From: a virus
Taxonomy: Duplodnaviria > Caudoviricetes
Length of the DNA stretch: 64,000 nt
IMG/VR virus record: IMGVR_UViG_3300021255_002052
Coordinates: 45,772 to 109,771 of that record
Direction: 5' to 3' (one strand)
Part shown: piece after piece, positions 25,576-40,076 of the stretch
Layout: each line of letters opens with the position of its first letter
Position numbering within the stretch: position 1 is the first letter of the stretch
The notes under the pieces: model-generated
Database searches by the model: none
Told to the model about the DNA's origin: nothing
Seen by the model: only the letters and a program-made list of their open reading frames with translations
Position numbers and translations under genes: made by a program

Positions 25576-28500
25576 TATCAGATGTAAAGCATTTATATCT
25601 CTGCCGCCCGGATCTTTCTATAATCACGGAACTGAACGGTGTAAACCGCGAATCCGTATCTTATTCTCAACATACTAAGGACTTTGATACTCTCGATTTC
25701 GTAGTTGACGAATATATCGAAAGCCCCGGCGATTCCGACGGTCTTATCGAAGGATACCGCAAGTCGAACGGATACGATTATCTGGATAAGAGTATGTATA
25801 TTCTTCTCGAAGATGTCGGCTACTTTATCATGGAATATCCAGCAATTGAGAACGACGGCTTACACGAGACAAAACAGGTAAGTGCGTATTCGCTAGAGAA
25901 GGAACTATACAACCGCGACTGGCTGAACTTCAAAGTTAACACTGGCGAAGAAGATTCTCTTGAATCTATAGCGACTGATAACCTTAACGAACTCGGAATC
26001 CCAAAGAATTTCGTCACCTTCTATTGTCCTAGTAATCCCGAATTATCGTTATTAGATTTGCTCTTAACCAAACTCCCGGGCTGGTCCCTGGGTGAGATAG
26101 ATCCTCTGCTAGTTAATAAGAAGATCGGTCAGTATAAAGAGCCAAATATTAACATATACGCTCTCCTAACATCTGTGATAGGCCCGAAAGTACCATGCAT
26201 CTTCACGTTCGACATAATGCATCGGAAGATTAATGCGTACTCATAGGAGAGTCTGGAACTAGATTCTAACATCTTCATCGGATTCAGAAATCTGGCGCAG
26301 AACGTAACCATTCAGGTAGAGGAAGATTCGATTATCACTCGGCTTCGTTGCTACGGAGATAACGAACTCTCGTTCGAGGCTCTGAACTACGGTTCTACCC
26401 AGATCGTGAATCTCTCCTATTTCATGCGCGAGCCTTACATGTCGCCGGAACTGGCGGCTAAGGTCCAGGCATGGCAAAATTATTAGGACGAAAACCGTGA
26501 GACGTTTAAGGAACTAGGCCGCACATCCGCCGATCTCTACGAGAAGATGGACGAGATCAAATATCGCGTTCCTAGCGACGGCGTTATGCAAGATTGGAGT
26601 GATCTTAACGAAGATGCTCTGAATGAGTCTCAGAAGTACTACGAGGCTCTTCTGACGTCTTTACAAGTCTCGGTTGACGCTAACCCACAGTACGATGAGG
26701 ACGGCTCCTACATACCTTGGAAGGACTCTGAGGGGCATGTGGATGACGCACGTTATCTCGAACTGCTCTACGACATGGCGAATGGCTATGGCGGCTACTA
26801 TACCTATAAGGAGATCCAGGAATATATCCTTCCTAACATTCAGATCGCTATAGATAATTTGAATATCCCGGAAGATGACCAGGAAAGTTATGTCGAAACC
26901 TGGAAAACTAACTGGGATCTCTACGGAATCGAAGAACTGGAAGGTAAGAAGAAAGATTATACGAATCGACTGGAGGCTCTGTAGGTCTATTCCAAAGATT
27001 GGGACGAACTTACCCCCGAAGAACAGGCGGCTTAGGTTAACGAGGATTACTACAACATCCAACACGCCGAGTATACGAAAGTCGAGGGATATCTGGACGA
27101 AGACAGTCCAACTTCTCTCCCCGCCAAGTTGAAGCAGTTATAGGGAGAATACGACGATCTTAAAGAATAGCGCGATCAAAACGAAGAGAACAGAATCGCG
27201 ATGGTTAATCCGTCGAAACTCTACTATACAAACGAAGAAGGCGAGACAGTATACAACTTCGATCTTACGGCTGAAGACTGTGCGATCATCGAGCCGTTAC
27301 TGATCGATTCTGACTACGTTAACTCTAACATTATCAGTACGTCCATAGATACATCTGTCAGCAGGTTTGACAGACAGTAGGAATTATTCGACGATTCTGT
27401 GGATAAGCTGTCAGAGCTATGTCAGCCTCAGTATAAGTTTACCACTACTCTCGACAATCTGTATAGACTGCCGGAATTCGCGGATTTCGCGAAAGATCTG
27501 AAACTCCTGACATATATCCGGCTAGGAGTACGAGACGATTATTCTGTTAAACTTCGCGTGGTAGGTATCACCTGGAATCCGTGTGAGGTAACTCCCGATC
27601 TGGAGTTAGAGTTCTCTAACATGATTTCGTCGAGATCCGGGCGGACAGACTACGTAGATATTCTTCAGACGGAGAATGAGCGGGCTTCAAAAAACTCCGT
27701 CGCTCTCGGAACAGGTAACTCGGATACGGACAAAGAATATCTGACAAACCTGCTCAACCTAATGATAACCAACCGGCTGTTTACTAACGCCGTTTCGAAT
27801 ATATCTGGTGTCGCTAGTGGAGGGTCCGCAGACAGTGCTGGGAGTGCCGCAACTGCTGGTTACGCCGCTAATGCCGGAACCGCGAACAAAGCTATATCAG
27901 CTAATACGGCTACTAACGCCATTAATATAGATCCCAACGGTAACATCTCCAGTATTATCTCCGATTATATCAAGGCGAATAAGATCGATGTCGGATATAT
28001 CACTGGCGATGCCGCCGATTTTCGTAAACTCTTCGCTGACTACATCGACGCTGAGAGTATCGTTACGAATATCTTAAGAGCGGATTAGGCGACACTTAAC
28101 TAGCTGACCACGAAGGTGGTGACGGCCGATTCTATCTCTACGGGGATTCTGAACGCGACCGACGCCCAGATTACGAATATTAAATCGAAAGTGGTTACCG
28201 CCGACGATGTGGCAACCAAGCTGTTATCCGCGACAGACGCGAATATTACGAACCTGTCATCGAAACTAGTAACATCAGAGATCGTAACTACTGCCGTTCT
28301 TAACGCGACAGACGCCCAGATATAGAACATACGTTCGTCCGTAATTAGCGCCGACGATATCTCGACCCGTCTTCTCTCCGCCGAAAACGCGAAGCTGGGA
28401 GAACTCTCCGCCGGAATTATCGAAGCCGGTGAAGCGACGATCCGGGAACTCGCGGCGAATAACGTGACGGCGGATTATATCTTTTCTAACGTACTTGAAG

Positions 28501-29372
28501 CTAACCAGGCGCGGGTCGGAGAACTGATATCTGACGTGGCTGCTTCAGCTAGTTCGCAGATATTCAACCTTACTTCCTCTAACGCGACCATCGACTCCGT
28601 ATTGGCGAGAAGTATCGTAGCGGGGAATGTATAGGCATCCGACATTCAGGCGGGGAATATCACGCTATCCGACAATCTGAAGATCGTATCTGAGAACGGC
28701 TAGTTAACAGCGAATGGCGACACGATTCTGATAGGACGGACAAACCAGGACGGAACCCTGAGATCTGGCGTACAGATCGGCTATAACGCGTAGGATGAGC
28801 CGTCGGTCATCGTAAAGAACGAGAACGGCGCGACGGTAATGACGGCAGAGGGTATCACTTCTGACGCAGTAGCTGATTCGCTGATCGTCAACCGGATGGT
28901 GTAGGATAAGGCGATTACGCCCGGAAAGCTGTCGTTCAACGTCGAGACAGACGAAGATGGCAACATCGTCACTTCTATAGATAATATCTACCTCGGCGAT
29001 GGCGGCAAATTTGGTGCGGACTACAGTACGTTCAAAGAATCCACCAAGGGAGACCTGGCGGATATACAGGATGCCGTAGATTCGTCTATGGTATATCAGA
29101 TAGAGATCATCTCTTCTAACGGAGACGCTTTTAAACACGGCGAGGTATCTACTACTCTCTCCGCGCACGTATATAAATAGAACGAAGACATCACCGACTA
29201 CCTGGACGCGAACGCTTTCCACTGGTGGAAAATTAATAGCGACGGAACACACGACACTGAGTGGGAGACGAATCACGCCGCCGGTCGGAAGAGCATCACT
29301 ATAACTAGTGCGGACGTATACAGACGTGCCACGTTTAATGTTACGGTAGATGGGATCCCGTCTTCTAGTTAA
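25572..29372 (+). CDS. Tal / baseplate hub-tail spike protein, 1266 aa with TAG=Gln
   Basis: ATGA overlap with Dit. Fragments 25563, 26547, 27399 and 28116 share one frame broken only by TAG; TAA 29370-29372. Position after Dit. Confidence 0.75.
28071..28450 (+). repeat. About 5 tandem 25-aa (75-bp) repeats in Tal
   Basis: ILNATDAQITNIKSKVVTADDVATK / LLSATDANITNLSSKLVTSEIVTTA / VLNATDAQI*NIRSSVISADDISTR. Confidence 0.75.
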
Positions 29373-29389
29373 TAAAGGAGGTTTGAAAT

Positions 29390-30460
29390 ATGGCTATATC
29401 AATGGGCCAGTTTACGATTCATGATTATAATGATGCCGTAACGCTAACTGGTTATATATCGAGTAATATCTAGAAATATCAAATTTATAATCCGGACACC
29501 GACACGGTTGCGCCGGATTTTACTAATACGAATATGATTCTCACGCCCTCACTGTACGTGATTAACTCTACGGATGATATCATGTCTGGAGCGCAGACGA
29601 GTATCTAGTCTGTCAAGTGGTATAGAGATAATGAGACAACCGCGATCGCGGCGGGTACGAGTTACGCTTTCGAGGGAACTAATAACTATAAACTGAAGAT
29701 CAAGACTAATATTCTGACTGAAGCGATTCCTACCGCGACATTCCGCTGCGAAATCGCGTATAAGGACCCGGCATCCAGTCTTGTAGTTACACACGTAGAA
29801 GACATCACGATCAACCGTGTATCCTCTGGTGGTGGCGTACAGACTGCTATAGCGGCAACTCCGAATGGCAACGTATTCAAGAATGGCACAATCGACTCTC
29901 TGATCGCGACCTGTGAATTATGGCACGGCTCGACGGTTCAGACGACCGGGTTAACATTCCAGTGGTACATTATGGACTCTTCTGTTACTACCGACCAGGG
30001 TGGCGGAAAAGGCTGGAAGAAACTGACTAATACCACAAATATGTATACTGGCGTAACAACCACGCAGATCACCGTTTATAACAAAGCGGTCGATTCTGTG
30101 CAGTCATTCAAGTGTATCATCACTGATTCTAGCGGCAACGACTATCAGGATTTCGTAACCTTCAACGACTATACAGATCCGATTCAGGTCGAGGTCCAGT
30201 CTTCCGCCGGAGACGTATTCAAGAACGGCGTCGGTTCGACTGTGTTAACCGCGAGACTGTTCCAGAATGGTGCCGAGATCGATACGGCGGGAACGAAATA
30301 CTTATATACCTGGACGATGCGGGATAAAGACGGAGTCGCGACAGACTTCGACGCAGATACTTCCAGCCCTGTAGCTACCAAGACGGGCAAGACTCTGACG
30401 GTCGATGGGGGCGATGTAGATGTAAAAGCTACTTTCATAGTCGAAATAACTGAGAGGTGA
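29390..30460 (+). CDS. Minor tail protein with Ig-like folds, 356 aa with TAG=Gln
   Basis: AAGGAGG RBS, MAISMGQFTIHDYNDAVTL.., in frame with track ORF 29972-30460, repeated NG/AG-xVFKNG units. Confidence 0.7.
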
Positions 30461-30464
30461 TAAT

Positions 30465-33400
30465 ATGGTCGCTTATGGACAGTTTACGATATCCGCTCTC
30501 AATGACGGTACAAGCGTAGAGTCTGTCTCAGTCCAGTACTATCTCTCGACTAGCAGAACTAAGCTAACGGGCGGATCCTGGGGCGCGACATGCCCTAGCG
30601 TGTCTGACGGGCATTATGTCTGGACAAGAACCGGAACTAAACTGTCCGATTCCGCCACCGTTAACTACTCCCAACCGGCTTGTATTACCGGCGACAAGGG
30701 AGCTACGGGTGCAAGCGGCAAGGGGATAGTCTCGGTAACGCCCCTGTATCTGATGAATGAGAGCAAAGAGAGCTGTGCGGAACCGCCCACTGGATGGACA
30801 GACGATCCGTCTACTCTAACCTGGGAAGCCGGAAAATATATCTGGACGACTAGTAAGATCGTCTATAGCAATCCGTCTTCTACTGTTTATACTACGCCTT
30901 CATGCGACACGGCGTGGGAGGCGGCAAACGAAGTCCAGAATAATCTGGATACCTATAAGCAGACGAACGACGCGGCAGTCGCGGCTTAGGCACAGACCTT
31001 AGCTAAGCACACCAGTTCTATCAGTACGATCAGCTCTACAGTCGACGACCATACGAATCAGATCGCGAATAAAGTATCCCAGAGCGACTTTAACAGTTCA
31101 ATCCAGGGAATCGAGAACGACATAGACAAGTCCACCGGAATCAATAAGTGGCTGGTCGAGATCTATAATAAGGCTAATCTGCCCACGGCTAACCAGTCTC
31201 TATACGACTTCACCGCGTTCACTGGCAGCGGAATAAACCCGACATCCTCCGCCACTTATAAGGATTCGGATATATCGAAGTCATTCCTTTCTACGACTAA
31301 CTACATCGGCTACGCTCTTACGTTCGTGGATGTAACGACGCAATTCACCTGGACGCACGGATTTTCGGCTTCCGGCAATGGGCGTTTATACGTCAACGGA
31401 TCTCAGGTAACCGGCACGACGATCACGCTTAAAGTAGGTTGGAACGTCATCGAAGTTATCTGGAATGTTGGAACCACGAAGCCAAATGGGTTCACGTTCT
31501 CTAATAAGCTGGGTACGAATTCCAACGTTCTTCTGATGAACTGCTACCACCGCACGATCACCGGGCGCGAGGCTTCTGAGGTAACGCGGACTTCTGAGTT
31601 GACAATCGATCTGAACGGGATTACCTCCCGGGTAAGTTCGGCTGAGACGAACATCAACACGAACGCCGGAAATATCACGACTTTGAATCAGAGCGTTTCC
31701 ACGGTCTCTCAGACGGCGAATAAGATCAACTGGCTAGTAAAATCGGGATCGTCACAGTCTTCAGTTACGCTGACAGACGCTGCGGTCACCGCTGTTACGA
31801 ACCAGTTCGTGATTAAAGACCCAGAAGGATCTGCTACGATTATTAGCGGAGGGAAGATTCAGGCGAACAGTATCACCGCAAATATGCTGGCCGCGAACGC
31901 GATCAAGTCTTAGAATTATCGGACTTACGACAAAGATGGCCACCAGGTAACAGATGGCGTTCCTTATAACTCGCCCTATTCGACATTCGGTACGCTACTC
32001 GATCTGTCAACGGGAAGTATCTATACACCGAATTTCGGCGTAGACAACGCGAACGGTAATGCATATATCAACGGTGAGATCATCGCGACTAGCGGAAGAA
32101 TCGGCGGAGAGAGCGGAACTTACTGGGATATTACTTAGGTAGAGGAAGACTCGTAGGATCACGCGGCGATTATCGCGAATGGCCGGGCGTTTATTAATAC
32201 CGGCGACTGGACGATCGCGGCTGATCGGATTCACAGCTAGTCGGTTAACGCTCAGAAGAATCTGGTCTATCCTTCCTACAATAAGAGATATTACGACTTC
32301 GGACTTCACGTACCAGAATTAAACCCGGCAGCGTCGGGTTATATTGAGCACGTATCCGATGATTTCTTATATATACGGTATCATGACAACACTGTTCCCG
32401 AAATCGAGTCGGACTGGAACTATATATTCCGAATTGACAAAGCGGGAATGATCTATATTAACGGTCAGTCGCTAGATCAGAAATACGCTTCTATAGACGG
32501 GGTATCTGGCGCTTACCTGCCGATGACTGGCGGTACAATCACTGGCGATCTTACAGTAAACGGAACTCTCTCTGCCAACGCTTCTTCAGCCACCAAGCTG
32601 AATAACTCTATCTCAATCAACGGAAAGTCCTTCAACGGAGAATCTTCCGTGAACGTGGGAACTATCGGAGTCGGCTACGGCGGAACCGGGCGGACAGCTT
32701 GGACGGCAGCCGGGATCGTATACGCTTCTACGGCTAATACGCTTGGATAGCTGGATACCGGAACTTCTGGGCAGATTCTTAGTTCTGGTGGAAACACCGC
32801 GCCTACCTGGATTAACCAGAGTTCGATAGCGGCTGGGTCGGCGACTAAAGACTCTGCGGGGCATACGATATCTAGTTACTATGCTCCTCTTTCTGGAGCG
32901 ACCTTCACTGGAGATGTGACGTTCACAGAGGGGGCAACTTTCTCTGGTGCGACGTTCAATGGAGATGTGGTGTTCACGGATGGAGTAACTGTAGGTCAAA
33001 CCTTCGATGCAATCGAAGCGACCGTCGGTGATCTGATGGTCACTGGCGCGGCGAGATTTATTAACGGTTTGTATGGTAATTTAATTGGGAACGCCGACAC
33101 TGCGACGACTGCCACTACTGCGGATAAGGTTGGTAGTAATCTGGTAATACTGCTCAATAGTGGAACTACCGAGGGAACTAATAAGTTTACGTATAACGGT
33201 TCAGCGACGAAAAACGTAAATATAACAAAGTCCGCCATTGGACTTGGTAATGTGGATAACACGGCAGATGCGAATAAGACTGTCAAAGAAGCGGGTAAGG
33301 TTACAAATACGCTCAAGATTCAGCTTAACGGCGGGACTACGGAAGGAACTAACCAGTTCTCATACAATGGTTCCGCTGCCAAGAATATAAATATAACTAA

Positions 33401-36400
33401 ATCAAGCGTAGGACTTGGGAATGTGGAAAACACTGCTCTCTCGACTTGGGCGGGTTCTGCAAATCTTACGACAACAAAAGTCGGTACTCTCGCTGCTGCT
33501 GCGGCAAAGGATGTGGATACGTCAATCAGTGCCGCTTCTTCAAGCGCAAATCTTCCTACTTCTGAGGCAGTTGCGGCATTCGTGGAAGGAAAAGGGTACG
33601 CCACAAGTACCGAGGTTACGACGTTTGTTGAGGGCAAAGGATACGTAACAAGTTCTGGCGTAACATCTGTTCGTGTACAAGCAACAAGTCCTGTTGTATC
33701 GAGCGTTAATACTGCGCAGTCTTCGACATTAAATACGACGATATCTCTCGCCAATGGATATGGTGACACGAAGAATCCGTATGGTACGAAAACGAAGAAC
33801 TACGTTCTCGCTGGCCCATCATCTGGTGACGCTGCTGCGCCGACGTTTAGGGCATTAGTTGCGGCTGATATTCCGACTCTCACTCCTGCAAAAGCTGGAC
33901 TTGGGAATGTCACAAACAATAAACAAGTCAAAGGTCTTTCATCTGGGACGACATCTGGGCATCTTGTTTCTTGGGGGTCAGATGGGTATACAGTGGCTGA
34001 CAGCGGAATTGCCACTACTTCTGTAACGACAAAAATCAAGCTTGCCGAAACAGATTATTCCGTATCATCAAATACGATTACCATTACTTAGGAGAATCTG
34101 CAAAGTGCAGTCCAAAGCACTGGCCTTGTGTTAATGACTTCGGCAGAAAGGTCTAAACTTGAATCAATCCAAGTATCTGAAGGCGGCACTATCGACTTCT
34201 CTGGCGTTACTGCAAGCTCACCGTTAACTGCGACTGTTGCTACCAATAAAACCGTAAATATCACTCATAATACAAGTGGTGTATCTGCCGGTACTTATAG
34301 GTCGGTTACGGTAAATACCTACGGACACGTAACCGCAGGAACAAGCCCAACTACTTTGAGTGGGTATGGAATAACAGATGCAAAAATAGCGAGTGGAACT
34401 ATAACTCTTGGAAGTAATACGATTACGCCTCTTACGGCAAATAGCACTCTTAACGCAGCAAAGTTAAGTGGTACAGCGAGTATTTCCACAACTGGAAACG
34501 CCACTACTGCGACAAAATTCAGTTCTAACCGTTCAATAACGCTCACTGGCGATGTAATTGGAACTTCAAGTTCGAATGGTGAAAATGGTTGGAGTTTAAC
34601 AACTGCTATCGTTGATGATTCGCATAATCACACAACTGAGACAATAGTACCATTACAGGCCAAGACATATACTGGAGTCATTGCAGAGGCAAATAATGAG
34701 GCAAAGGGTTAGTTATATTTTATAAAAGTGCAGCCCGATACTTATGGTGGTTAGTGGAGTATCCATTACAAAGTAACGGCAACTATCGATGGCGTATCAG
34801 TAGCAAATGGTAGCGGTTTTGAAACCAGTAATGTTTATTTAAGCGGTATGAGAGATACTTATTCTAGTTATAGAACATGGAATGATATCACTAATACATC
34901 TTATCGACCATATTATTACCATTGCTTTTATAGAGCAAAGGAAGCAGGAATCACTGACGGATATGGTCATGCCATAGGTGTTAATCTAAGATATTCTTAT
35001 AATCCAACAACCGCTGCTAACACCAGAACCGTTACTTTTGAAATAATTAAAACAGAAGGGTGTACAGTAACGTTACTTGATTCGCCACTAACGTATGATA
35101 GTTTCCCTGGAACTGGATCGACAAATTATAATACTTACAATAATTTTGATGCTACGACTTATGGCAATACAATGACTGGGGATCGAAATGATGTAAACTA
35201 TTATAACCGTAATTATTATGGAAGTCGTACTGCGGCTGCTAATATTTATAGGTTTCAATTATGCCTAACAAAAAAAGACAGATCGTTGTTGCCAATCAAT
35301 AGCGTTAATAATAGCATTTCGACGGATAAAACGTTAACGACGGAAGCGTTTGACCCATTTGGAGATATTCTGTATTGGAGCAGTACTACCACTTATTCTG
35401 CTGGGGCGAATGTTGGTGATGGTTGGTATGCTCAATACCTTGCTGATATACGATATTCTTTTAATATTGGAGGATATAATACTACTTCTACATTAGTTGG
35501 AAGAAAACCCTTGTATCTAGTTGCTACCCCACAAGCAGATGGAACTGCTATATTACATTCTTCTCCTCTAGCACAAGAATTGCCAACCACAGAAGATGGG
35601 CTGATTTATATTTATTTGGGGCAAGTATACCCAGATACTCATCCATATAGGTTGTATTTAACGATTTTGCATCCGATTTACTGGTACAAAAATGGAGCCG
35701 TCTGCCAATATATCCAAACATCTGAAAAGGCGTTGCAAGACGGCAACGGTGCAGTCATCGCTTCAACGTACGCCAAGCTCTCCGGCGCAACATTTACCGG
35801 TGCTGTCAATACCGCAAAAAGTACTTGGAATACAATCGGCGACGATGCCTATTTAGGTGATATAAATAAAGCTGGTCACATCGGTATTAAAGGCAAGAAC
35901 GGTAATACTGGACTGTTTTTCGTTACTTATAATTAGGACTCTAATACTACAGGCGGAGCAATAACATGGGATGGAACTAAATTCTCTATTTCTGGCACTG
36001 TAGATACGAGTATTTCTGGAAATGCTGATACTGCGACAAAACTTGCTGCTGCCAAAACAATAACTCTCTCTGGTTCTGTAACTGGTTCGACTACATTTGA
36101 TGGTTCTGGTAATGTAACAATTGCTACTACTACAAATCATACACATAACTACGCTGGCTCTAGTTCTGCGGGCGGTTCTGCCAATAAGGTAGCCGGGGGT
36201 GTTGGTACCGTTAATAAAGATAGACATGTGTGGTTTTCGGACTCCGCAACTGAGACTGTACGAAATTATGATGATGATTTTAAATATAATCCTTCAACAA
36301 ATGTTTTAACGGTAGGGTCCATTACTGGTAATGCTGCAACTGCTACTAAAGCAACACAAGACGGCTCTGGCAATACGATCACTAGCTACTACGTCACTCT

Positions 36401-36617
36401 CTCTACGGCCCAGACAGTATCTGGTGCGAAGACGTTCTCTGGTGCTACTGCCATTACGAATACGACAGCCAGTACGAATAAGTCTACTGGTGCGCTGAAG
36501 GTATCCGGCGGCGTAGGAGTCGCGGGGTAGATGTCCGCTAATAAAGTGATGGTTGGAGATAATGTTACGCTAGAATATGACTCATCCAAGTCCTGTCTGA
36601 ATTTCGTGTTTGTGTAA
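30465..36617 (+). CDS. Long tail fibre / receptor-binding protein, 2050 aa with TAG=Gln
   Basis: Seven track fragments in one frame, TAA 36615-36617. Fibre motifs GLGNVDNTA, GNATTATK, VTVNTYGHVTAG and YLPMTGGTITG. Confidence 0.8.
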
Positions 36618-36629
36618 GGAGGTGGTGGC

Positions 36630-38465
36630 ATGTTGAGCGTATGGTTTCCTTTGACAGAGGATTTAAGAAATTAGGGTTTATTTAATCTACCAGCATCTTC
36701 ATTTGATACTCGGATTCGATATACAGATGGGAAATTAGGACAATATTGTTATGGAGACTGTGCAATTTATCATATTGGGCAAGAGTGGCTAGGAAATACA
36801 TGGAGCCTTGCTTGTTGGGTTAAATCCTCAGAATGGTCGAATTATAATGATATAATATTATGTAAGAATACAACAAGTTCAACTGAAGCTCAATTTTATT
36901 TTTCAATAATTGGAGGAAAGCAATTAAATATTGGATGTAATGCTGGTAGTCAAACGCTTGCAACTTCTTACACTTTTGCTACAAATACATGGTATCATGT
37001 AGCGGCAACATATGATGGTACTACTTTAAAATTATATTTGAATGGTAATGAAATCGCATCTAAAGCTTATGCTTCAGTTCAAAAGACCGGCATGAATAAT
37101 TTGGGTATTGGATGTAGATCTAACAATACAAGTGGGACTTCTGCTACAGGCTAGGCAAGTAAACGTATGAATGACGTCCGTATCTATGATCACGCTCTTT
37201 CACCTCTCGAAGTAAAACACTTGGCGCAAGGGTTGGTGCTGCATTATCCTTTAAATAGAGGGGGATTTGGGGGAGACAACATCCTTCCGAACACCTGGGC
37301 AGGAGAAAGAACCTTCGAATACCCGTCAAGTTCCTACTCTGATAGATGGAGTTGCGTTACATCTATTGTTCCTACAGCTTCTCAGTACACACTTTCATTC
37401 TGGGCGAAATCAACTGTGGCTGGGGATTAGATCAGGACACATTTTTATAGCCCGAATACGACGACGACTTGCGTAAGTAGCTAGGGGATTACAAAACGGG
37501 CAACGGACGGGAATATGACATTCACGTTATCCACAGAATGGGAACATTACTGGGTAACGTATTCACAGAATGAAACGTCCGCTGTAAAACATGTAATCTG
37601 CCCAAGAATGGGTGCGGTAGGAAATACTCAAGGTGTTTGTTACGGAACTGGTACCGTTTCTATCAAAGGACTTAAACTTGAAGAGGGTTCCGTGGCTACT
37701 CCCTGGGTCCCGGCTACCACTGATTCGTTGTACTCGGCTATGGGACTTGATTCAAACGTAGTTTATGACACAAGTGGATATGGCAATAATGGAGAATTAT
37801 ATGCACACGATACAGAAGGCTCAATAACTGTAGAAAGTGATACTCCGAGATATAACGTGTCAACTCATATTGCTAGTACAAATACGACAACTTCTACTTC
37901 AACTGGCACTAGATATATTTATGGTCATTGTTCATTAACAAACCCAACTGAAATGACTGTTGCTTTTTGGGCAAAACCAATAAGTGCCGGTTATCGTGAA
38001 TCTTCTTCAACTGGAAATGGCATTTTTTGCACTACTAATTACAAATATGGCAGCGGTAGTGTTGGAACAGATTATGTAACAAGTGCGATGAATCATAGAG
38101 ATGGCACAGTTGATATAAACGACTCAGCAAGTACTACACAATGTAGGCCATCACTTAATGTTACTCTTAATGAATGGCATCATTATGCAATTACGTATGA
38201 TGGTCAAGTAGGGCGAGTATACAAAGATGGAGTTTAGTCAAGTACTGCGCAATTTAGTTCACCGAAAACGCTTGACTCTTTTATTGGCGTTGTAATTGGT
38301 TTCTCAGGTGCTGGGAGCGCTTGGCGAAGTAATGACGCATATTACTCCGACTTCCGAATCTACGCCACCTGCCTCTTGCCGCAAGACATCCGCGATCTAT
38401 ATGCAGTCGGTGCTTCCCTATCGGACACCGGCGTTTTATTTTCTAACGAGGTATCAGAAGTATGA
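36630..38465 (+). CDS. LamG/ConA-like lectin tail protein with two LamG domains, 611 aa with TAG=Gln
   Basis: WYHVAATYDG..LYLNG, MNDVRIYDHALS, WHHYAITYDG..YKDG, SDFRIYATCL; KLEEGSVATPW carbohydrate-binding linker; TGA 38463-38465. Confidence 0.8.
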
Positions 38466-38656
38466 GCAATATATCTAAAGCAGGAATCGTAAACGCGGAC
38501 TATCTGATCGAGGATGTCGACCTATCCGAAGCGGGAATCGAGGACGAGCAGACCACTAAACTAGCATCTATCGGCAGCTATCCTCTGCTTACAGACAAGA
38601 TCGAAACACGGGTGGGCGAAGACTATATCATAGTCCGCGAATTTATAGAATGGTAA
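38462..38656 (+). CDS. Small hypothetical tail-associated protein
   Basis: 64-aa ORF, ATGA overlap, TAA stop. Confidence 0.6.
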   Translation: MSNISKAGIVNADYLIEDVDLSEAGIEDEQTTKLASIGSYPLLTDKIETRVGEDYIIVREFIEW

Positions 38657-38666
38657 GGAGAAAGAC

Positions 38667-39527
38667 ATGACCGGATATAATATACGGCTCAACGGGGACG
38701 GTGGGTTGACCTACTAGTTGACCGACTTCTCCGTCTCCGATTTTGAGAATAACAGAACCCTCAGTATACAGTCGAACGATTTCAATACGCTTAGGGACGC
38801 GTTCGGAAGGCTGACTCTGCTGGAGGTGTTCAAGGGCGAAAATCCCGTGGCTAGTTATACCTGCTACGACGGCTTCGAGAATATCTCGTACGTCGGGACG
38901 GTATACGTGCCGCTGGAGAAGAAGTTCGCCGAATGTATCAAAGTAACGTTAATTAAGACGAATATCGTCGAATTAGTAAACCGCCTGGATAAGCAGATCA
39001 ATCCCGTAGTTAATACGGATACTCTGACACTTACTTAGGCGAAGGCTTACAAGGTCGAGCAGATCCGCGCAGCTTGTTAGGAAGATATCTATGCGGGGCA
39101 GGTAATTGAGACTTCTCTGGGATCCCATCTGTATAAATACGATCCAGAGACTCAGATCGACCTCGACAGTATGGTGACGCTAGTTAATCTCTGTAAGCTG
39201 AACGGTATTGACGACGTTAAGAAATTGCCATGGCACTGGCATGCGGGAGCTTGTCAGCTTATGGACGTGAAGGATCTCTTCACGATCTATATCACGCTGA
39301 AGACGATGCTAGTATCGAAAACGACATACGGCAATCTGCTTCAGAGAGTGGTCAACGAGATGACTAATAAAGATCTGGTATTAGAGGCGAAATACGGTGA
39401 TCCGCTACCGCCGAGGTATCAGGATATCCTTAACGAGATTAATACAGAAACGTTGACCGCTGTAACGAAATTTAAGGAAAAGATTAACGGTTCTTCCGCT
39501 AGTAACGAAGAATCGAATGAGGAATAA
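38667..39527 (+). CDS. DUF4376-like tail fibre assembly protein, 286 aa with TAG=Gln
   Basis: AAGGAG RBS, joins track fragments 38718 and 39171; C..IYAG..Y...Q.....LPWH....C motif. Confidence 0.65.
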
Positions 39528-39539
39528 AGGAGAAAAAAT

Positions 39540-40052
39540 ATGAACATGAATCTAACTACTGCCGAAGTTTACGGAATCGTATCTTTCTATATCGAAGACT
39601 CTAAGAAACCGGACGGAATCGTTTCGCGACTATCCAACCTTCTCAAGTGGAAGCTGAAGCGGAACATCGCGATTCTTCAGCCTGTCGCGGAGGAATTCGA
39701 GAAGTTTCGGAACGAAACCCGGGACGAGCTCTTCGCCGCATGGTTCACTGACGAGAAATCCGATCCTTACGAGGAACCTATTCTGGACGAGAACGGTGAG
39801 CAGAGAACTGACGAAGAAGGGAACGTATTAACTAATAGTCTCCGGAAGATCAAGCCGGAATTTATGGAGGACTACGCTAAAGCCGCCGACGAGGCTAATA
39901 AGAAGATCATCGAGGTGGCGAATAACGTCGAATCCTATAAGCTGAATACCGCGAACGTCGAGGCTGAGATTGAGACCTTTATCAACGATCTGTCCGACGA
40001 AGACTTCAGCAGGGTAGATGTCCTGATGTTTATGGATGAGGGCGATGAGTAA
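39540..40052 (+). CDS. Hypothetical acidic protein
   Basis: 170-aa ORF with AAGGAG RBS and TAA stop. Confidence 0.7.
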   Translation: MNMNLTTAEVYGIVSFYIEDSKKPDGIVSRLSNLLKWKLKRNIAILQPVAEEFEKFRNETRDELFAAWFTDEKSDPYEEPILDENGEQRTDEEGNVLTNSLRKIKPEFMEDYAKAADEANKKIIEVANNVESYKLNTANVEAEIETFINDLSDEDFSRVDVLMFMDEGDE

Positions 40053-40076
40053 TCGCTCTAAACGGGGTGATTATTT